A DNA stretch of 64,000 nucleotides from an uncultured delta proteobacterium (GTDB lineage Bacteria > Desulfobacterota > Binatia > UBA9968): contig CAVSHR010000004.1 in the NCBI GenBank assembly GCA_963727625.1, positions 64,001-128,000 on the forward strand. Direction: 5' to 3'. Numbering within the stretch: position 1 is the first letter of the stretch; every line of letters begins with the position of its first letter. The notes under the pieces are model-generated. The model was given only the letters and a program-made list of their open reading frames with translations, ran no database searches and was not told the origin of the DNA. Both the position numbers and the translations under genes were made by a program. Positions 10,201 through 20,811 of this stretch are shown in pieces.

Positions 10201-11007
10201 CTACTGGTTTCGGTTTCCCAGCAGTTCTTGCAGCGCGTCCCCGACCAGATTGAGCGCGAGCACTGTAATCATGAGAGCCAGGCCGGGATAGGTCGTCAGA
10301 TGCGGCGCCACCAAGAGAAACTGCCGGCCATCGTTGAGCATGGAGCCCCAAGAGGGCGTCGGCGGCTCGACGCCCAAGCCGAGAAAGCTTAGGCTGCCTT
10401 CGGCGACGATTGCCGCCGCTAAACCGAAGGTGGATTGGATCAGTAGCGGCGGCAGCAGATTGGGCAGCAAGTGGCGCCAGATAATATTCCTCGGCGGGCA
10501 TCCCAGGGCGCGCGCTGCCTGGACAAACTCCCGTTCTCGCAGCGCTAAAATCTCGCCGCGCACCAGACGGGCGTAACCGGTCCAGCCGATGATGCAGAGC
10601 GCCAAGATCACATGGTCTAAACCCGGACCGAGCACCGCGGTCATGGCGACGGCGAGCAGGATGCCAGGAAACGCCATCAAGATATCGACCAGGCGCATGA
10701 GCAAGAGATCGGGCCAGCCGCCGAACAAGCCCGTTAACGAGCCGACGAGCACGCCGATCGTCAGCGAGATCGCCACGGTGGCAATTCCGGTCATCAGAGA
10801 AACGCGGCCGCCGTAGATCGTCCGGCTCAAAATATCGCGGCCGAGCTTGTCGGTGCCGAGCGGGTGGTCGCTCGAGTAGGCGATCAAATCCTGGTCTAGA
10901 TTTTGGCGCAGCGGATCGTGCGGCGCCAGGGAGGGCGCAAAGAGCGCGGCGAGAGCGAGGAGCGCGAGAATCGCCATTCCGGCGTAAAAAGCTGCTCTAG
11001 TCGCCAT
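10201..11007 (-). CDS. Peptide/nickel ABC permease (DppC/OppC type)
   Basis: HPLGTDKLGRDILSR, EFVQAARALG, LSFLGLG, PTPSWGSML. Confidence 0.92.
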   Translation of the reverse strand: MATRAAFYAGMAILALLALAALFAPSLAPHDPLRQNLDQDLIAYSSDHPLGTDKLGRDILSRTIYGGRVSLMTGIATVAISLTIGVLVGSLTGLFGGWPDLLLMRLVDILMAFPGILLAVAMTAVLGPGLDHVILALCIIGWTGYARLVRGEILALREREFVQAARALGCPPRNIIWRHLLPNLLPPLLIQSTFGLAAAIVAEGSLSFLGLGVEPPTPSWGSMLNDGRQFLLVAPHLTTYPGLALMITVLALNLVGDALQELLGNRNQ

Positions 11008-11920
11008 AACTCACGCGCGGATCGACGAGCTTGTAGAGCAGGTCGGTGGTAAAATTGATCAGGACGTATGCCGTTGCGATCACCAGCACGCAACCTTGCA
11101 CCAGGGGATAATCGCGGGTCTGGATCGCCTGAATCGTCAATCGGCCGATGCCGGGCCAACTGAAAATCGTTTCCGTAATCAGCGAACCGGCCAGCAGGCC
11201 GCCGAATTGCAGGCTCATGATCGTGATGACTGAAAGCAGGGCGTTGCGCAGCACATGTTTCAACCAAATCTGTCGCTCGCGCAGGCCTTTGGCACGCGCG
11301 GTTTGAACATAATCTTGATGGATCACTTGCAGCAGATTGGCCCGTAAAATGCGCACCAGGATGGCCGCCATGCCCAAGCCCAAGGTAGCTGCCGGAAGCA
11401 AGAGATGGCTTAAGCCGCCTCGACCTGACACCGGCGTCCAGCCGAGCTGAATTGAAAAGACGATCATCAGCAAAGGCCCGAGCCAAAAATTCGGCAGCGA
11501 GAGACCGAGCAGAGAAAACAGCAGCGCCGAGCGGTCGAGCCAGCCGCCGGGCCGGATGGCGGCCAGAATGGCCAGCGGAAAAGAAATCATTAGCGCCGCC
11601 AGCATGGCGCTCAGCGCGAGTTCCAACGTCGCCGGCAGGCGGGCGCCGACGATCTCTGCCACGTCGGCCGGTTCGTAGAGCGAACGGCCAAGATCGCCTG
11701 CTGCTAGGTTAGTCAAGAAAGCGCGATATTGGGTTGCCAAGGGCCGGTCAAATCCCAGGTTTTTGCGCAACGCTTCCCTATCGGCGGCATTAGCGGTCTC
11801 GCCGAGCATGACGTCGACCGGATCGCCGGGAATCAAATGGATCAGGACGAACACCAACGACAGCGCGCCGAGCAGCGTGGGCAGAAGCAGGAGCGAGCGT
11901 TGGAGCAAATATCGCTTCAC
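10997..11920 (-). CDS. Peptide/nickel ABC permease (DppB/OppB type)
   Basis: IPGDPV, DYVQTARAKGL, ETIFSWPGIG, RDYPLVQG; GTG start. Confidence 0.92.
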   Translation of the reverse strand: MKRYLLQRSLLLLPTLLGALSLVFVLIHLIPGDPVDVMLGETANAADREALRKNLGFDRPLATQYRAFLTNLAAGDLGRSLYEPADVAEIVGARLPATLELALSAMLAALMISFPLAILAAIRPGGWLDRSALLFSLLGLSLPNFWLGPLLMIVFSIQLGWTPVSGRGGLSHLLLPAATLGLGMAAILVRILRANLLQVIHQDYVQTARAKGLRERQIWLKHVLRNALLSVITIMSLQFGGLLAGSLITETIFSWPGIGRLTIQAIQTRDYPLVQGCVLVIATAYVLINFTTDLLYKLVDPRVSYGD

Positions 11921-11929
11921 TTTGTGCGC

Positions 11930-13585
11930 TTAGCCAAGGCGGGCTTTTTTTAGCGAGATCAGCTCGCCGTCCGGATAGGCGACAAAACCGCGCAGCCGCG
12001 GAGTTTTCACGATGACGTTTTTCCACCACCAGAGCGGCAGATAAGGCAGGTCGTCGGCGAGAATGCTTTGCACTTCGCGGTAGATCGCGCGGCGCGCGGC
12101 GCGGTCCATGGTTGTCCGCCCGCGTTCCAATAATCGATCGATGGCGCGGTTGCTGTAACGCCCGCGGTTGTCGCCGTTGGGCGGCACGCTGGCCGAGTGA
12201 AAAAGCTGATAGAGAATATCAGGATCCCGGATGCCGACCCAGGCCAGGGAATAAAGGTGGAAATTACCGTTTCTCACGTCACTGAAGAACGTTGCCCATT
12301 CGTAGCTGCGCACTTGGAGCTCGATGCCGACCTGCTGTAATTTATCCTTGAGCGCTTCGGCGATGCGGCGGCGCAAATCGATATTGGTGGTCTTAAACGA
12401 TAAATGAAAGCGTGGCAGCGGACCGTCGCCGTCGGGATCGGGGAAGCCGGCTTCGTCGAGGAGCCGCTTGGCCCGCTCGGGATCGTAGGGCCAGTGGCGA
12501 AGACCGTCGGCGTAGGCCCAGTTGAGCGGCGAAAGCACGCTATCGGCAGCGGTTGCGGTGTTCTTGAGCAGATGTCGAATCATGGCGTCGCGGTCGATGG
12601 CATAAGCCAGAGCTTGGCGAACTTTGCGCTCCCGCAAAATCGGGTGAGTGAGGTTGATGCCGATGTACTGGAAGGTCGTGCCCTGATGAGTCTCGATGGT
12701 GGCCGCTGTTTTAGCTTTGAGCCAAGGCAGCATGTCGGGCTCGATGTCGTTTTGCATGAAATCGATGGAGCCTTTTTTAAATTCGAGCGCGCGCACCATG
12801 GCGTCGGGCACGATCTTGAAGACAATTCCGGGTAGCGCCGGACGGCCTTCCCAATAATCAGGATTGGCTTTGAGTGTGACCTTTTCACCGGACTCGACCG
12901 TTTCGAGTCTGAACGGTCCGGAGCCGGGCGGCGATCGCGGCTTGGCGCCCAGGACTGTTCTCGCGCCGGCCGGCACGATACCCAGCGTAAACTGCTCGAC
13001 GAAAGGCGCATGGGCGGCGTTCAAATGAAAGCGCAGTTGATGGCGGCCGGTCTGCTCGACAGATTGCAGCGGTCTCAACACGCCGCTCAAGGGCGATCGA
13101 TAGCTCGGATTCAAGATCGATTCATAGGTGAATTTCACATCGGCTGCGGTGAGCGGGGGCCCATTGTGGAATTTAACGTCCTTGCGCAGATTGAAGAGAA
13201 AGTTGCGATCGTCGAGCTGGCGCCAATCTTCGGCCAGCTCCGGCTGCAAGCGTCCATGCGCGTCGGCGCGTAACAGCGAATTGTAAATCAGATTGCCGAT
13301 GCGCACCGAGTTGGCATCGGTGGCGTAGCGCGGATCGATCTGCAGAGGATTGCTTTCGATGCCAACGACCAAGTAACCCGGCGGACGGTCGCCCGTCGGT
13401 CCTTGGCAGCCGAGAAGGAGCGCTAAAATCACCATGCCGGCGGAGAGATTTTCAAAATGGATGGGGGGGGGCAAGCCAATTCTCACGAAGGAATTTTGAC
13501 TGAAAATAGCCTGTTTGTTATGATCGGTCAAATTTTTTGCCTGCGCCTTGGAGAACGATGTGGAATTTTGGCGGCCGATATTCAC
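11930..13585 (-). CDS. Family 5 ABC substrate-binding lipoprotein (DppA type); true start probably nearer 13435
   Basis: LLLGC lipobox, PELAEDW, LRKDVKFHNG, VRQALAYAIDR. Confidence 0.88.
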   Translation of the reverse strand: MNIGRQNSTSFSKAQAKNLTDHNKQAIFSQNSFVRIGLPPPIHFENLSAGMVILALLLGCQGPTGDRPPGYLVVGIESNPLQIDPRYATDANSVRIGNLIYNSLLRADAHGRLQPELAEDWRQLDDRNFLFNLRKDVKFHNGPPLTAADVKFTYESILNPSYRSPLSGVLRPLQSVEQTGRHQLRFHLNAAHAPFVEQFTLGIVPAGARTVLGAKPRSPPGSGPFRLETVESGEKVTLKANPDYWEGRPALPGIVFKIVPDAMVRALEFKKGSIDFMQNDIEPDMLPWLKAKTAATIETHQGTTFQYIGINLTHPILRERKVRQALAYAIDRDAMIRHLLKNTATAADSVLSPLNWAYADGLRHWPYDPERAKRLLDEAGFPDPDGDGPLPRFHLSFKTTNIDLRRRIAEALKDKLQQVGIELQVRSYEWATFFSDVRNGNFHLYSLAWVGIRDPDILYQLFHSASVPPNGDNRGRYSNRAIDRLLERGRTTMDRAARRAIYREVQSILADDLPYLPLWWWKNVIVKTPRLRGFVAYPDGELISLKKARLG

Positions 13586-13890
13586 CTGCTACGGTTACAC
13601 GGCATGGTGCGGTTCTTTCCGGTGGATCCCGGCATGACCTGCAAAGTCGCGCGCTGATCGAGTTGGCCGATGGCGCTTTCAGTTTATCGTTCCCGCACGG
13701 CAGGAATTCTTCGCGGCATCAAGAAACTGGCCGTCGGGTATGCGAAATCGACGGTCAAATCGCCGGCCCCAGCCATGAACACAGTGATTAAGACGAATGT
13801 GTGATAAATAAATTGTTCGGTTTGAGCCGTGTCGCTCAGTGGTTTCGCAATCATTGGATGCAAGCGTGGGAAGGCGGTCAGCCGCATAGC

Positions 13891-13918
13891 TTGAAGGCGG
13901 TCGGGGTTAGCTTATAAT
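13891..13918 (+). promoter_or_regulatory. Probable sigma70 promoter of the ccsA-hem operon
   Basis: TTGAAG-N16-TATAAT; the -10 box overlaps ATG 13917, favouring ATG 13932 as the start. Confidence 0.4.
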
Positions 13919-13931
13919 GACCTCTGATCTT

Positions 13932-14750
13932 ATGGATGCAATCCTGTTAAAGGTAACCACCGCGGCGTATCTGGTTGCGGCCGTGAGCTTCTTTTTTTTC
14001 CTGTTTCGCGGCGAGGCGGCGGCGCGTTTGCCGACGGTGTTGCTGCTTTTTGCTTTTGTCGTCCATGGCTTCGTACTGACCAGTCGTTATTTTCAGGAGG
14101 GTTTCGCCGCGGTGGCGGTGATGGGCGACGCGCTGTTGTTCAACAGCTGGATGATGGTTGGCGTCTATCTGCTGGTCCAACTCAAATATCGGTTGACGAT
14201 TTTGGGCGGAATAATCGCGCCGCTTGCTTTTCTGATGACCTTTGCGGCGCTGGCCGTAGGAATTGCGGTCGGTGACATTCCGCCGGCGCTGCAAACTTTC
14301 TGGCTGCCGTTGCATGTGACATTGGCGTTTTTGGGCAACGCAGTCTTCGCGCTGGCTTTCGGCGTGAGCCTTATTTACCTGCTTCAAGAGCGCCACCTCA
14401 AGCATAAGAAAATGACCGCGCTGATGAAGCGCTTTCCGCCTTTGGAGTCCTTGGACCGGCTCAACTACATGCTCCTGGTTTGGGGCTTCCCGTTGATGAC
14501 TTTGGGTATACTGACCGGAAGTCTGTGGGCCGGCATTCATTGGGGCCACTACTGGTCCTGGGATCCGCGGCAGATTTCCTCGGGCATCGCCTGGCTGTTT
14601 TACGGCGCGCTGCTGCACGGCCGGATCACCGCGGGCTTACGCGGCAAAAAGGCGGCGCTCCTCACCATGTTCGGTTTCTGCGTGGTCATCGGATATTTTC
14701 TCTGGGGAGACGCGATCTTCCCCAGCCGGCATGGGGGCCGGTTCGAATAG
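13932..14750 (+). CDS. Cytochrome c assembly protein CcsA/HemX family
   Basis: Multi-pass membrane protein; WLPLHV, GSLWAGIHWGHYWSWDPR (WWD domain); directly upstream of hemA. Confidence 0.88.
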   Translation: MDAILLKVTTAAYLVAAVSFFFFLFRGEAAARLPTVLLLFAFVVHGFVLTSRYFQEGFAAVAVMGDALLFNSWMMVGVYLLVQLKYRLTILGGIIAPLAFLMTFAALAVGIAVGDIPPALQTFWLPLHVTLAFLGNAVFALAFGVSLIYLLQERHLKHKKMTALMKRFPPLESLDRLNYMLLVWGFPLMTLGILTGSLWAGIHWGHYWSWDPRQISSGIAWLFYGALLHGRITAGLRGKKAALLTMFGFCVVIGYFLWGDAIFPSRHGGRFE

Positions 14751-14753
14751 CAC

Positions 14754-16040
14754 GTGCAAAACGATATCGTCATCGTCGGTCTCAATCACCGTAGCGCTCC
14801 CATCGAAGTGCGCGAAAGTGTAGCCATTGAAAATTCCTATGTCCGCGATGCGCTGGCGCAATTGCGCGCCTATCCGAACATTCACGAAGGGGTGATATTG
14901 TCGACCTGCAACCGCGTCGAAGTGGTCGCGACGGCGCCCGACGGCGCCTCGGCGTTCAACGACATTAGGCGCTTTATCAGCGAGCAAAAGGCGCAGGGAC
15001 ACAGCGCGCCGCTGGACAATCATGTTTACGCCTATCGGGGCGCCGACGCGGTGCGGCACCTGTTTCGCGTCGCCGCAAGCCTCGACTCGATGGTCGTCGG
15101 CGAGCCGCAAATACTCGGCCAGTTGAAGGAACATTACGATGCGGCGCAGCAAGCCGGGACGGTGGGCGCGATACTCCATCGGCTGTTTCATCGTGCCTTT
15201 TCGGTGGCCAAGCGGGTGCGCAGCGAAACCGGCATCGGCGGCGGCGCGGTGTCGGTGAGCTCGGTGGCGGTGGATCTTGCCAAGCGCATCTTCGACCGAT
15301 TCGACGACAAGACGGTCATGCTGATCGGCGCCGGCAAGATGGGCGATTTGATGGCGCGCCACCTGCAGCGGCACGGCGTGCACAGCTTGATGGTGACCAA
15401 TCGCACTTTCGAAGGTGCGGTCGCCCTCGCGGAAAAGATTCAGGGCAGTCCGATTCGCTTCGACGATTTTCCTCGCTATCTCAAGATCGCTGATCTGGTC
15501 ATCGGGTGCGCGGCGGCGCCCGAAGTGCTGGTCGACGCCGCTACCGTCGAGCGGGTTCTGCGCGAGCGCAAACAAAAGGCGATGTTCTTCATCGATATCG
15601 GCGACCGGCGCAATTTCGACGCCAAGATCAACGATCTTGACAACGTCTACCTTTACAACATCGACGATCTCAAAAGCGTCGCGGAAGACAACTTGCAGGA
15701 ACGCTCCAACGAAGCGGCAAAAGCTGAAGAGATCGTTCAGGAAGAGGTGCAGAGTTTCGAGCGCTGGCTGGGATCACTGGAGCAGGTGCCGACGATAACC
15801 GCGCTGCGCCGGAGGTTTGAAGATATCCGCCGGGCCGAAATCGAAAAATCGCTCGGCGGTGGTCTCAAGGATCTCAACGAGCAGCAGCGCGCCGCCTTGG
15901 ACGATTTGACCACGGCGATGATCAACAAGTTGCTCCATGGGCCGATTTCCCAGATCAAAAAAAAATCCACCGACGACGGTGACGACCCCGCCCTTTATAT
16001 TACAACTTTGAAGAGACTTTTCGGGTTGGAGGGAAAATGA
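14754..16040 (+). CDS. hemA: Glutamyl-tRNA reductase
   Basis: GLNHRSAPIEVRE, STCNRVE, SLDSMVVGEPQILGQ, GAGKMG. Confidence 0.97.
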   Translation: MQNDIVIVGLNHRSAPIEVRESVAIENSYVRDALAQLRAYPNIHEGVILSTCNRVEVVATAPDGASAFNDIRRFISEQKAQGHSAPLDNHVYAYRGADAVRHLFRVAASLDSMVVGEPQILGQLKEHYDAAQQAGTVGAILHRLFHRAFSVAKRVRSETGIGGGAVSVSSVAVDLAKRIFDRFDDKTVMLIGAGKMGDLMARHLQRHGVHSLMVTNRTFEGAVALAEKIQGSPIRFDDFPRYLKIADLVIGCAAAPEVLVDAATVERVLRERKQKAMFFIDIGDRRNFDAKINDLDNVYLYNIDDLKSVAEDNLQERSNEAAKAEEIVQEEVQSFERWLGSLEQVPTITALRRRFEDIRRAEIEKSLGGGLKDLNEQQRAALDDLTTAMINKLLHGPISQIKKKSTDDGDDPALYITTLKRLFGLEGK

Positions 16041-16948
16041 CACGCATCCGCGTCGGCACGCGCGGCAGCCGGCTGGCACTGGCCCAGGCGAACTGGGTCA
16101 AAACATGCCTCATCTCGCATGAACCCCAGCTCACCGTTGAACTTTGCATCATCAAGACCAGCGGTGACCGATTTGTCGATGCGCCGATCCCAAACATCGG
16201 CGGCAAGGGCGTGTTTACGAAAGAAATCGAAGAGGCTCTGTTGCAAAACGAGATCGACATCGCGGTGCATTCGATGAAGGATCTGCCGACACAAGTGCCG
16301 AACGGTTTGGCGATCGTCGCGGTGCCCGAAAGGGAAGATCCGCGCGATGTTTTGGTGACCAGTACCAAGAAGCCGCTCGGTAAGTTGGCGCCCGGCGCAA
16401 CGCTCGGCACCGGAAGCCTGCGGCGCCGGGCCCAGTTGCTGAATTTTCGTGCCGATTTGGTGATCCAGCCGATCCGCGGCAACGTCGATACGCGGTTGCG
16501 AAAGCTCGATGAAGGGCAAGTCGATGGGCTAGTGATGGCGGCGGCGGGTCTCAAACGTATCGGATGCCCGGAGCGGATCGGCGAGTTTCTCGCCGACGAT
16601 ATTTGCTTGAGCGCAGCGGCCCAAGGGGCCATTGGCATCGAATCGCGCAACGACGACAGCTTTCGCCGGCAGCTGGCGTTTTTACACGACGAAGCCACGT
16701 ACATGGAAGTCAGCGCCGAGCGCGCTCTTTTGGATCGACTCGGTGGCGGTTGTCATGTGCCCATCGGCGCACGCGCGCAGATCGTTTCCGGCGAGCTAAA
16801 GATGACCGCCGCGGTGGTGAGTAGCGACGGCAGCCGCCTGTGTCGCGGTCACATCATTGGCGCGGCCGAAAAAGCCGTAGAATTAGGACGCCGTTTGGCA
16901 GAGCAATTATTAATCCAGGGCGCGGATCGGTTGCTCGCTTCCGCGTGA
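16037..16948 (+). CDS. hemC: Porphobilinogen deaminase
   Basis: GTRGSRLALAQ, GGKGVFTKE, VHSMKDLP, RGNVDTRL, GGCHVPIG. Confidence 0.97.
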   Translation: MTRIRVGTRGSRLALAQANWVKTCLISHEPQLTVELCIIKTSGDRFVDAPIPNIGGKGVFTKEIEEALLQNEIDIAVHSMKDLPTQVPNGLAIVAVPEREDPRDVLVTSTKKPLGKLAPGATLGTGSLRRRAQLLNFRADLVIQPIRGNVDTRLRKLDEGQVDGLVMAAAGLKRIGCPERIGEFLADDICLSAAAQGAIGIESRNDDSFRRQLAFLHDEATYMEVSAERALLDRLGGGCHVPIGARAQIVSGELKMTAAVVSSDGSRLCRGHIIGAAEKAVELGRRLAEQLLIQGADRLLASA

Positions 16949-16964
16949 CATTGGGATCGGAATC

Positions 16965-17834
16965 ATGGTTCAAGCACGAGAGCTTTCGCATCAGGTCGAC
17001 ACGGACAAGCCACTGGCGGGGAAGCGGATCGTCATCACCCGAGCGCGGGCGCAAGCGCTAAGTCTGGTCGAGGGAATCGAGTCATTGGGCGGCGAGGTCG
17101 TCGAATTTCCGACCATCAAAATTGATCCGCCGGAAGATTTCGCCGCCTTCGACGCCGCAGTGGCGCAAATCGAAACCTATGACTGGCTGATCTTCACCAG
17201 CGTGAACGGGGTTGAGCCGTTCCTGGCTCGACTTCAGCAGGTTGGCAAAGCAATTTCATCGCTTAAAGGGTTGAAGGTCGGCGCCATCGGTCCGGAGACG
17301 GCCAAGAGACTGGCCGCCGTCGGTATCGCGGCTTGCCTGGTGCCAGAACGCTTTCAAGCCGAAGGCATCCTCGATGCATTCCAGCCGGAAGATCTGAAGG
17401 GAAAGCGAGTGTTGATTCCGCGCGCCGCACAAGCACGGAAAGTTTTGCCGAATACCTTGCGCGAGTGGGGAGCAACGGTGGATGTTGTGACCGCCTATCG
17501 CACGGTGCTTCCGGCCGTCGACGTGGCACCGCTCGCCGAGTTGTTGCGCCAACGCAAAATCGATGTCATCGCGTTTACCAGTTCGAGCACCGCAAGAAAT
17601 TTCGTGCGGCTTCTCGGCGATAAGCATCTCGGGGGAATCGCGGCCGCGAGCGCCCTGGCTTGCATCGGGCCGATTACGGCGCGCACGGTGGAGCAATTGG
17701 GCGGACGCGCGGAGATCGTCGCCGAGGAGTTCACGGTTTCCGGTTTAGTACGCGCTATCGTCGGGCATTTCCAAGGAAAGGCCACAACAACGACTATACG
17801 CGGGCAGGAGCCACGAACCCGGAGTGCAAAATGA
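16965..17834 (+). CDS. hemD: Uroporphyrinogen-III synthase
   Basis: [35 protein letters not shown]. Confidence 0.93.
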   Translation: MVQARELSHQVDTDKPLAGKRIVITRARAQALSLVEGIESLGGEVVEFPTIKIDPPEDFAAFDAAVAQIETYDWLIFTSVNGVEPFLARLQQVGKAISSLKGLKVGAIGPETAKRLAAVGIAACLVPERFQAEGILDAFQPEDLKGKRVLIPRAAQARKVLPNTLREWGATVDVVTAYRTVLPAVDVAPLAELLRQRKIDVIAFTSSSTARNFVRLLGDKHLGGIAAASALACIGPITARTVEQLGGRAEIVAEEFTVSGLVRAIVGHFQGKATTTTIRGQEPRTRSAK

Positions 17835-18808
17835 ATTTTCCGATCTACCGGCCGAGAAGATTGCGGCGCAACGACAAATTACGAAGCCTCATCCGGGAAA
17901 CGTCGCTGGAACCGAGAAATTTAATCTATCCGTTATTTGTCGGCCCGGGCAACGACAATGCCCAGCCGATTTCGTCGATGCCCGGGATTGCGCAGCTGAC
18001 GGTGGACCGCGCCGCGCGCGAGTGTCAGGAGATTTATGCCTTGGGGATTCCGGCGGTGATCCTGTTCGGCATCCCTGAACGTAAAGACGCCAAGGGGACC
18101 GAGGCCTATGCCGGCGACGGCATCGTGCAGCAAGCGATTAGGGCAATCAAAGAAACCACTCCCGACCTGGTCGTCATCACCGATGTTTGTTTATGCGAGT
18201 ACACCGATCATGGTCACTGCGGCTTGATTCAAAACGGCGACGTCGACAACGACAGCACGCTCAAACTCCTCGCCCAAGAGGCACTGTCGCACGCCCGAGC
18301 CGGCGCTGATATCGTCGCGCCGTCCGACATGATGGACGGGCGGGTGGGCGCGATTCGCAAGGTTCTCGACGCCAACGGTTTGGCCCAGACTCCGATCATG
18401 GCTTACGCCGCCAAGTATGCCTCGGGTTTCTATGGTCCCTTTCGCGAGGCCGCTGAGTCGACACCGCAGTTCGGCGACCGCCGCTCTTATCAAATGGATC
18501 CGGCCAACACGGATGAGGCGCTGCGCGAAGTCGAGCTCGACATTCGCGAGGGCGCCGATATCGTGATGGTCAAGCCGGCGCTGGCCTATTTGGACGTGAT
18601 CTATCGAGTGAAGCAGAAATTCGGATATCCGCTGGCGGCCTACAATGTCAGCGGCGAGTATTCGATGATCAAGGCGGCGGGCCGGAACGGCTGGATCGAT
18701 GAACCGAGAATCATGATGGAGGTTTTGTTTGCGATCCGGCGTGCTGGGGCGGATATGATCTTGAGCTATTTCGCTAAAGATGCGGCGCGGCTGCTAAACG
18801 GACCATAA
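17831..18808 (+). CDS. hemB: Porphobilinogen synthase (ALA dehydratase)
   Basis: [42 protein letters not shown]. Confidence 0.97.
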   Translation: MNFPIYRPRRLRRNDKLRSLIRETSLEPRNLIYPLFVGPGNDNAQPISSMPGIAQLTVDRAARECQEIYALGIPAVILFGIPERKDAKGTEAYAGDGIVQQAIRAIKETTPDLVVITDVCLCEYTDHGHCGLIQNGDVDNDSTLKLLAQEALSHARAGADIVAPSDMMDGRVGAIRKVLDANGLAQTPIMAYAAKYASGFYGPFREAAESTPQFGDRRSYQMDPANTDEALREVELDIREGADIVMVKPALAYLDVIYRVKQKFGYPLAAYNVSGEYSMIKAAGRNGWIDEPRIMMEVLFAIRRAGADMILSYFAKDAARLLNGP

Positions 18809-18810
18809 GG

Positions 18811-18852
18811 GTTCAAGTCGTCCAGGCCGTTCAAAACGTTCAGTGGGTTGAA
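18811..18852. repeat. 9-bp-period GTTCAA array (single arm, locus 2)
   Basis: GTTCAA-gtc-GTCCAG-gcc-GTTCAA-aac-GTTCAG-tgg-GTTGAA right after the hemB stop. Confidence 0.7.
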
Positions 18853-18910
18853 GGAGACAAGCGGACTCAAACCTTCTCATCCGTTGGGCCTGTCGAGCGC
18901 CGTAGGTCAT

Positions 18911-19171
18911 TCAAATTAAATTCCACAGATCTTTAATTTTTCGGTTCACGGTCCGTTCGCATTCGGTTTCGCGGCCGTCGGTATTCACTTGCGACTGGGA
19001 CAGGCGAAAAATCAACACCCGGGAATTTTTGATCAGGCGTACGACGAACGTGTTGGAGTCGGGGTCAAATTCCACGGTGATGTCGACGGCGGGATCGATG
19101 CGCTCGGTGATGGCCTTGCCCCAAGACTGAATTTCCGGCGCGGCTTCGTTGCCTCGACGAGCGCTTAACAT
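18911..19171 (-). CDS. Hypothetical protein (86 aa)
   Basis: Fills the gap with an ATG start and protein-like composition; 20 nt downstream of the binding-protein gene. Confidence 0.6.
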   Translation of the reverse strand: MLSARRGNEAAPEIQSWGKAITERIDPAVDITVEFDPDSNTFVVRLIKNSRVLIFRLSQSQVNTDGRETECERTVNRKIKDLWNLI

Positions 19172-19191
19172 GGAGAGTGCCGCGAGCGCGG

Positions 19192-20196
19192 CTATTTTTT
19201 CTTGTAGAGACCGTCGATAAAGCCGCTTTGATCCAATGCGCGGATAAAGCTCGCGTCAACGAACTGTTCCGGTTTGGCTCTCTTGGCCCTCGCGTCTCGC
19301 TCGGCAATATCGTCGAGAACTGTTTTAATGCCTTCCAGGCTGGGATACTGCTTTTTCGGATAGAAGGCTTCGGTCATCACATTCCCATAGCTCTTTTCCA
19401 GAGTCTCCCGGTCGAGCCCGCTGCCCATATAGTGGCTCAGGGCTTTGATCGTCGCTTCTTTGTCGGTCCACATTTTATGGACCGCCTCGACATGGGAACG
19501 GACGTAGCGGCGAACAATATCGGGCTTTTCCTTGATGAACTTCCGCGTCGTGGCTACGCCTGTATGCTGAAAGACAAGACCCATCTGTGCCACGTCGGCG
19601 ATGATCGCTAATCCGCGTTTCTCGGCGACGAAACTAGACGGCGGATTGATCACTGATGCCGTGACTCTACCGGTGAGCGTTGCACTCAAGCGTTCTGGGC
19701 CGCTGCCGACTTGCACTAGGGTTACGTCTTTTCCCGGCGTTAAACCGATCCTCCGCAAGGCAAAACGGGCGATTGTATCGGTCGCGGAGCCGAAGCGGCT
19801 GATCGCCACCGTGCCGCCTTTAAGTTGGCCGGCGGATTTAATGCCCGGCTTGCCCATCAAAACGTAATTCAACGAGGTCATTCCGGCCGCGACAAAAACC
19901 GCGCCGGAGCCGGCGAAGGCGCTGTTAACCAACCCGGGACCGGAAACCTGGGTGATCGGAACGTCGCCCGACACAAGCGCGAGAATCGCAGTGGTGCCAC
20001 CGGTAAAAAATATCAGCTGGATGTCGAGGCCGTTCTTGGCGAAGATGCCGGAGTCTTTGGCAACCCAGGACGGCAGCTGATCCGCACTGGCGGCGCTATA
20101 GCCGACATTGAGTCTCGCTACCTGAGCTCCGGCAAGCCGGTAAGAAGATAGCTGCAAAAGCACCAGCGCAATGTATAAAAGAGACAACTTTTTCAT
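19192..20196 (-). CDS. NMT1/SsuA-family ABC substrate-binding protein
   Basis: Signal peptide MKKLSLL; GIFAKNGLD, ALVSGDV, LKGGTVAISRFGS. Confidence 0.87.
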   Translation of the reverse strand: MKKLSLLYIALVLLQLSSYRLAGAQVARLNVGYSAASADQLPSWVAKDSGIFAKNGLDIQLIFFTGGTTAILALVSGDVPITQVSGPGLVNSAFAGSGAVFVAAGMTSLNYVLMGKPGIKSAGQLKGGTVAISRFGSATDTIARFALRRIGLTPGKDVTLVQVGSGPERLSATLTGRVTASVINPPSSFVAEKRGLAIIADVAQMGLVFQHTGVATTRKFIKEKPDIVRRYVRSHVEAVHKMWTDKEATIKALSHYMGSGLDRETLEKSYGNVMTEAFYPKKQYPSLEGIKTVLDDIAERDARAKRAKPEQFVDASFIRALDQSGFIDGLYKKK

Positions 20197-20253
20197 ACCT
20201 GTCGATCCTGGCTTATGACAATTTCTCCGGATTTTACAGGAGGAAAGGGGGCG

Positions 20254-20288
20254 AAACAAGAAAGCCCCGGCGTCAAGCCGGGGCTTTC
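20254..20288 (-). terminator. Intrinsic terminator after the prx-cytochrome c' operon
   Basis: GAAAGCCCCGGC-TTGAC-GCCGGGGCTTTC stem followed by TTGTTT on the minus strand. Confidence 0.75.
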
Positions 20289-20327
20289 TGAAGTTATCGC
20301 TAACCTGTGCTATTCGATGCGAATATT

Positions 20328-20777
20328 TTATTCCGAATATTTCTTCGCGCGAAACTGCCTGTGGCAAGACGAGCAGACACCGTTAAGCGCCTTTACTTTG
20401 ACGCCCACCTCAGCGTCGTTGCCGGCTTTTGCCGCAGCCGCCAGCTCGCTCGCGGCCTTGTTCAGCTTTTTTGGCATCTCGGCAAATTCGTCCGGCTTCT
20501 CCCAGATCTTTGCTGTCGCTCTGGTCCTTCCGTTGGTGCTGTCTTTAGGAAAGTAGCCAAGGATCTTTTCAGCGTTGCCCATGATGACTTTAGCCTTGGC
20601 TTCCACAGTGGCGTGATCCTTGGCCTTGACAGCGGCTTTGATCGCTTTGCTCGCCGCACTATTGGATTTCATAAGGGCTTGCCGCTCTTTAATCACGTCG
20701 GACTGGGCGTAAAGCGCCGACGAAACCGTCAGAACTAAAAATCCAAAGAATGCGCCCGTTAATAATTTTTGCATCAT
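20328..20777 (-). CDS. Class II cytochrome c (cytochrome c'/c556)
   Basis: Signal peptide, ERQALMK, KIWEKPDEF, C-terminal CSSCHRQFR. Confidence 0.9.
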   Translation of the reverse strand: MMQKLLTGAFFGFLVLTVSSALYAQSDVIKERQALMKSNSAASKAIKAAVKAKDHATVEAKAKVIMGNAEKILGYFPKDSTNGRTRATAKIWEKPDEFAEMPKKLNKAASELAAAAKAGNDAEVGVKVKALNGVCSSCHRQFRAKKYSE

Positions 20778-20811
20778 CAGTATTCTTCTCCTTTCGTTGA
20801 GAACGTTAATT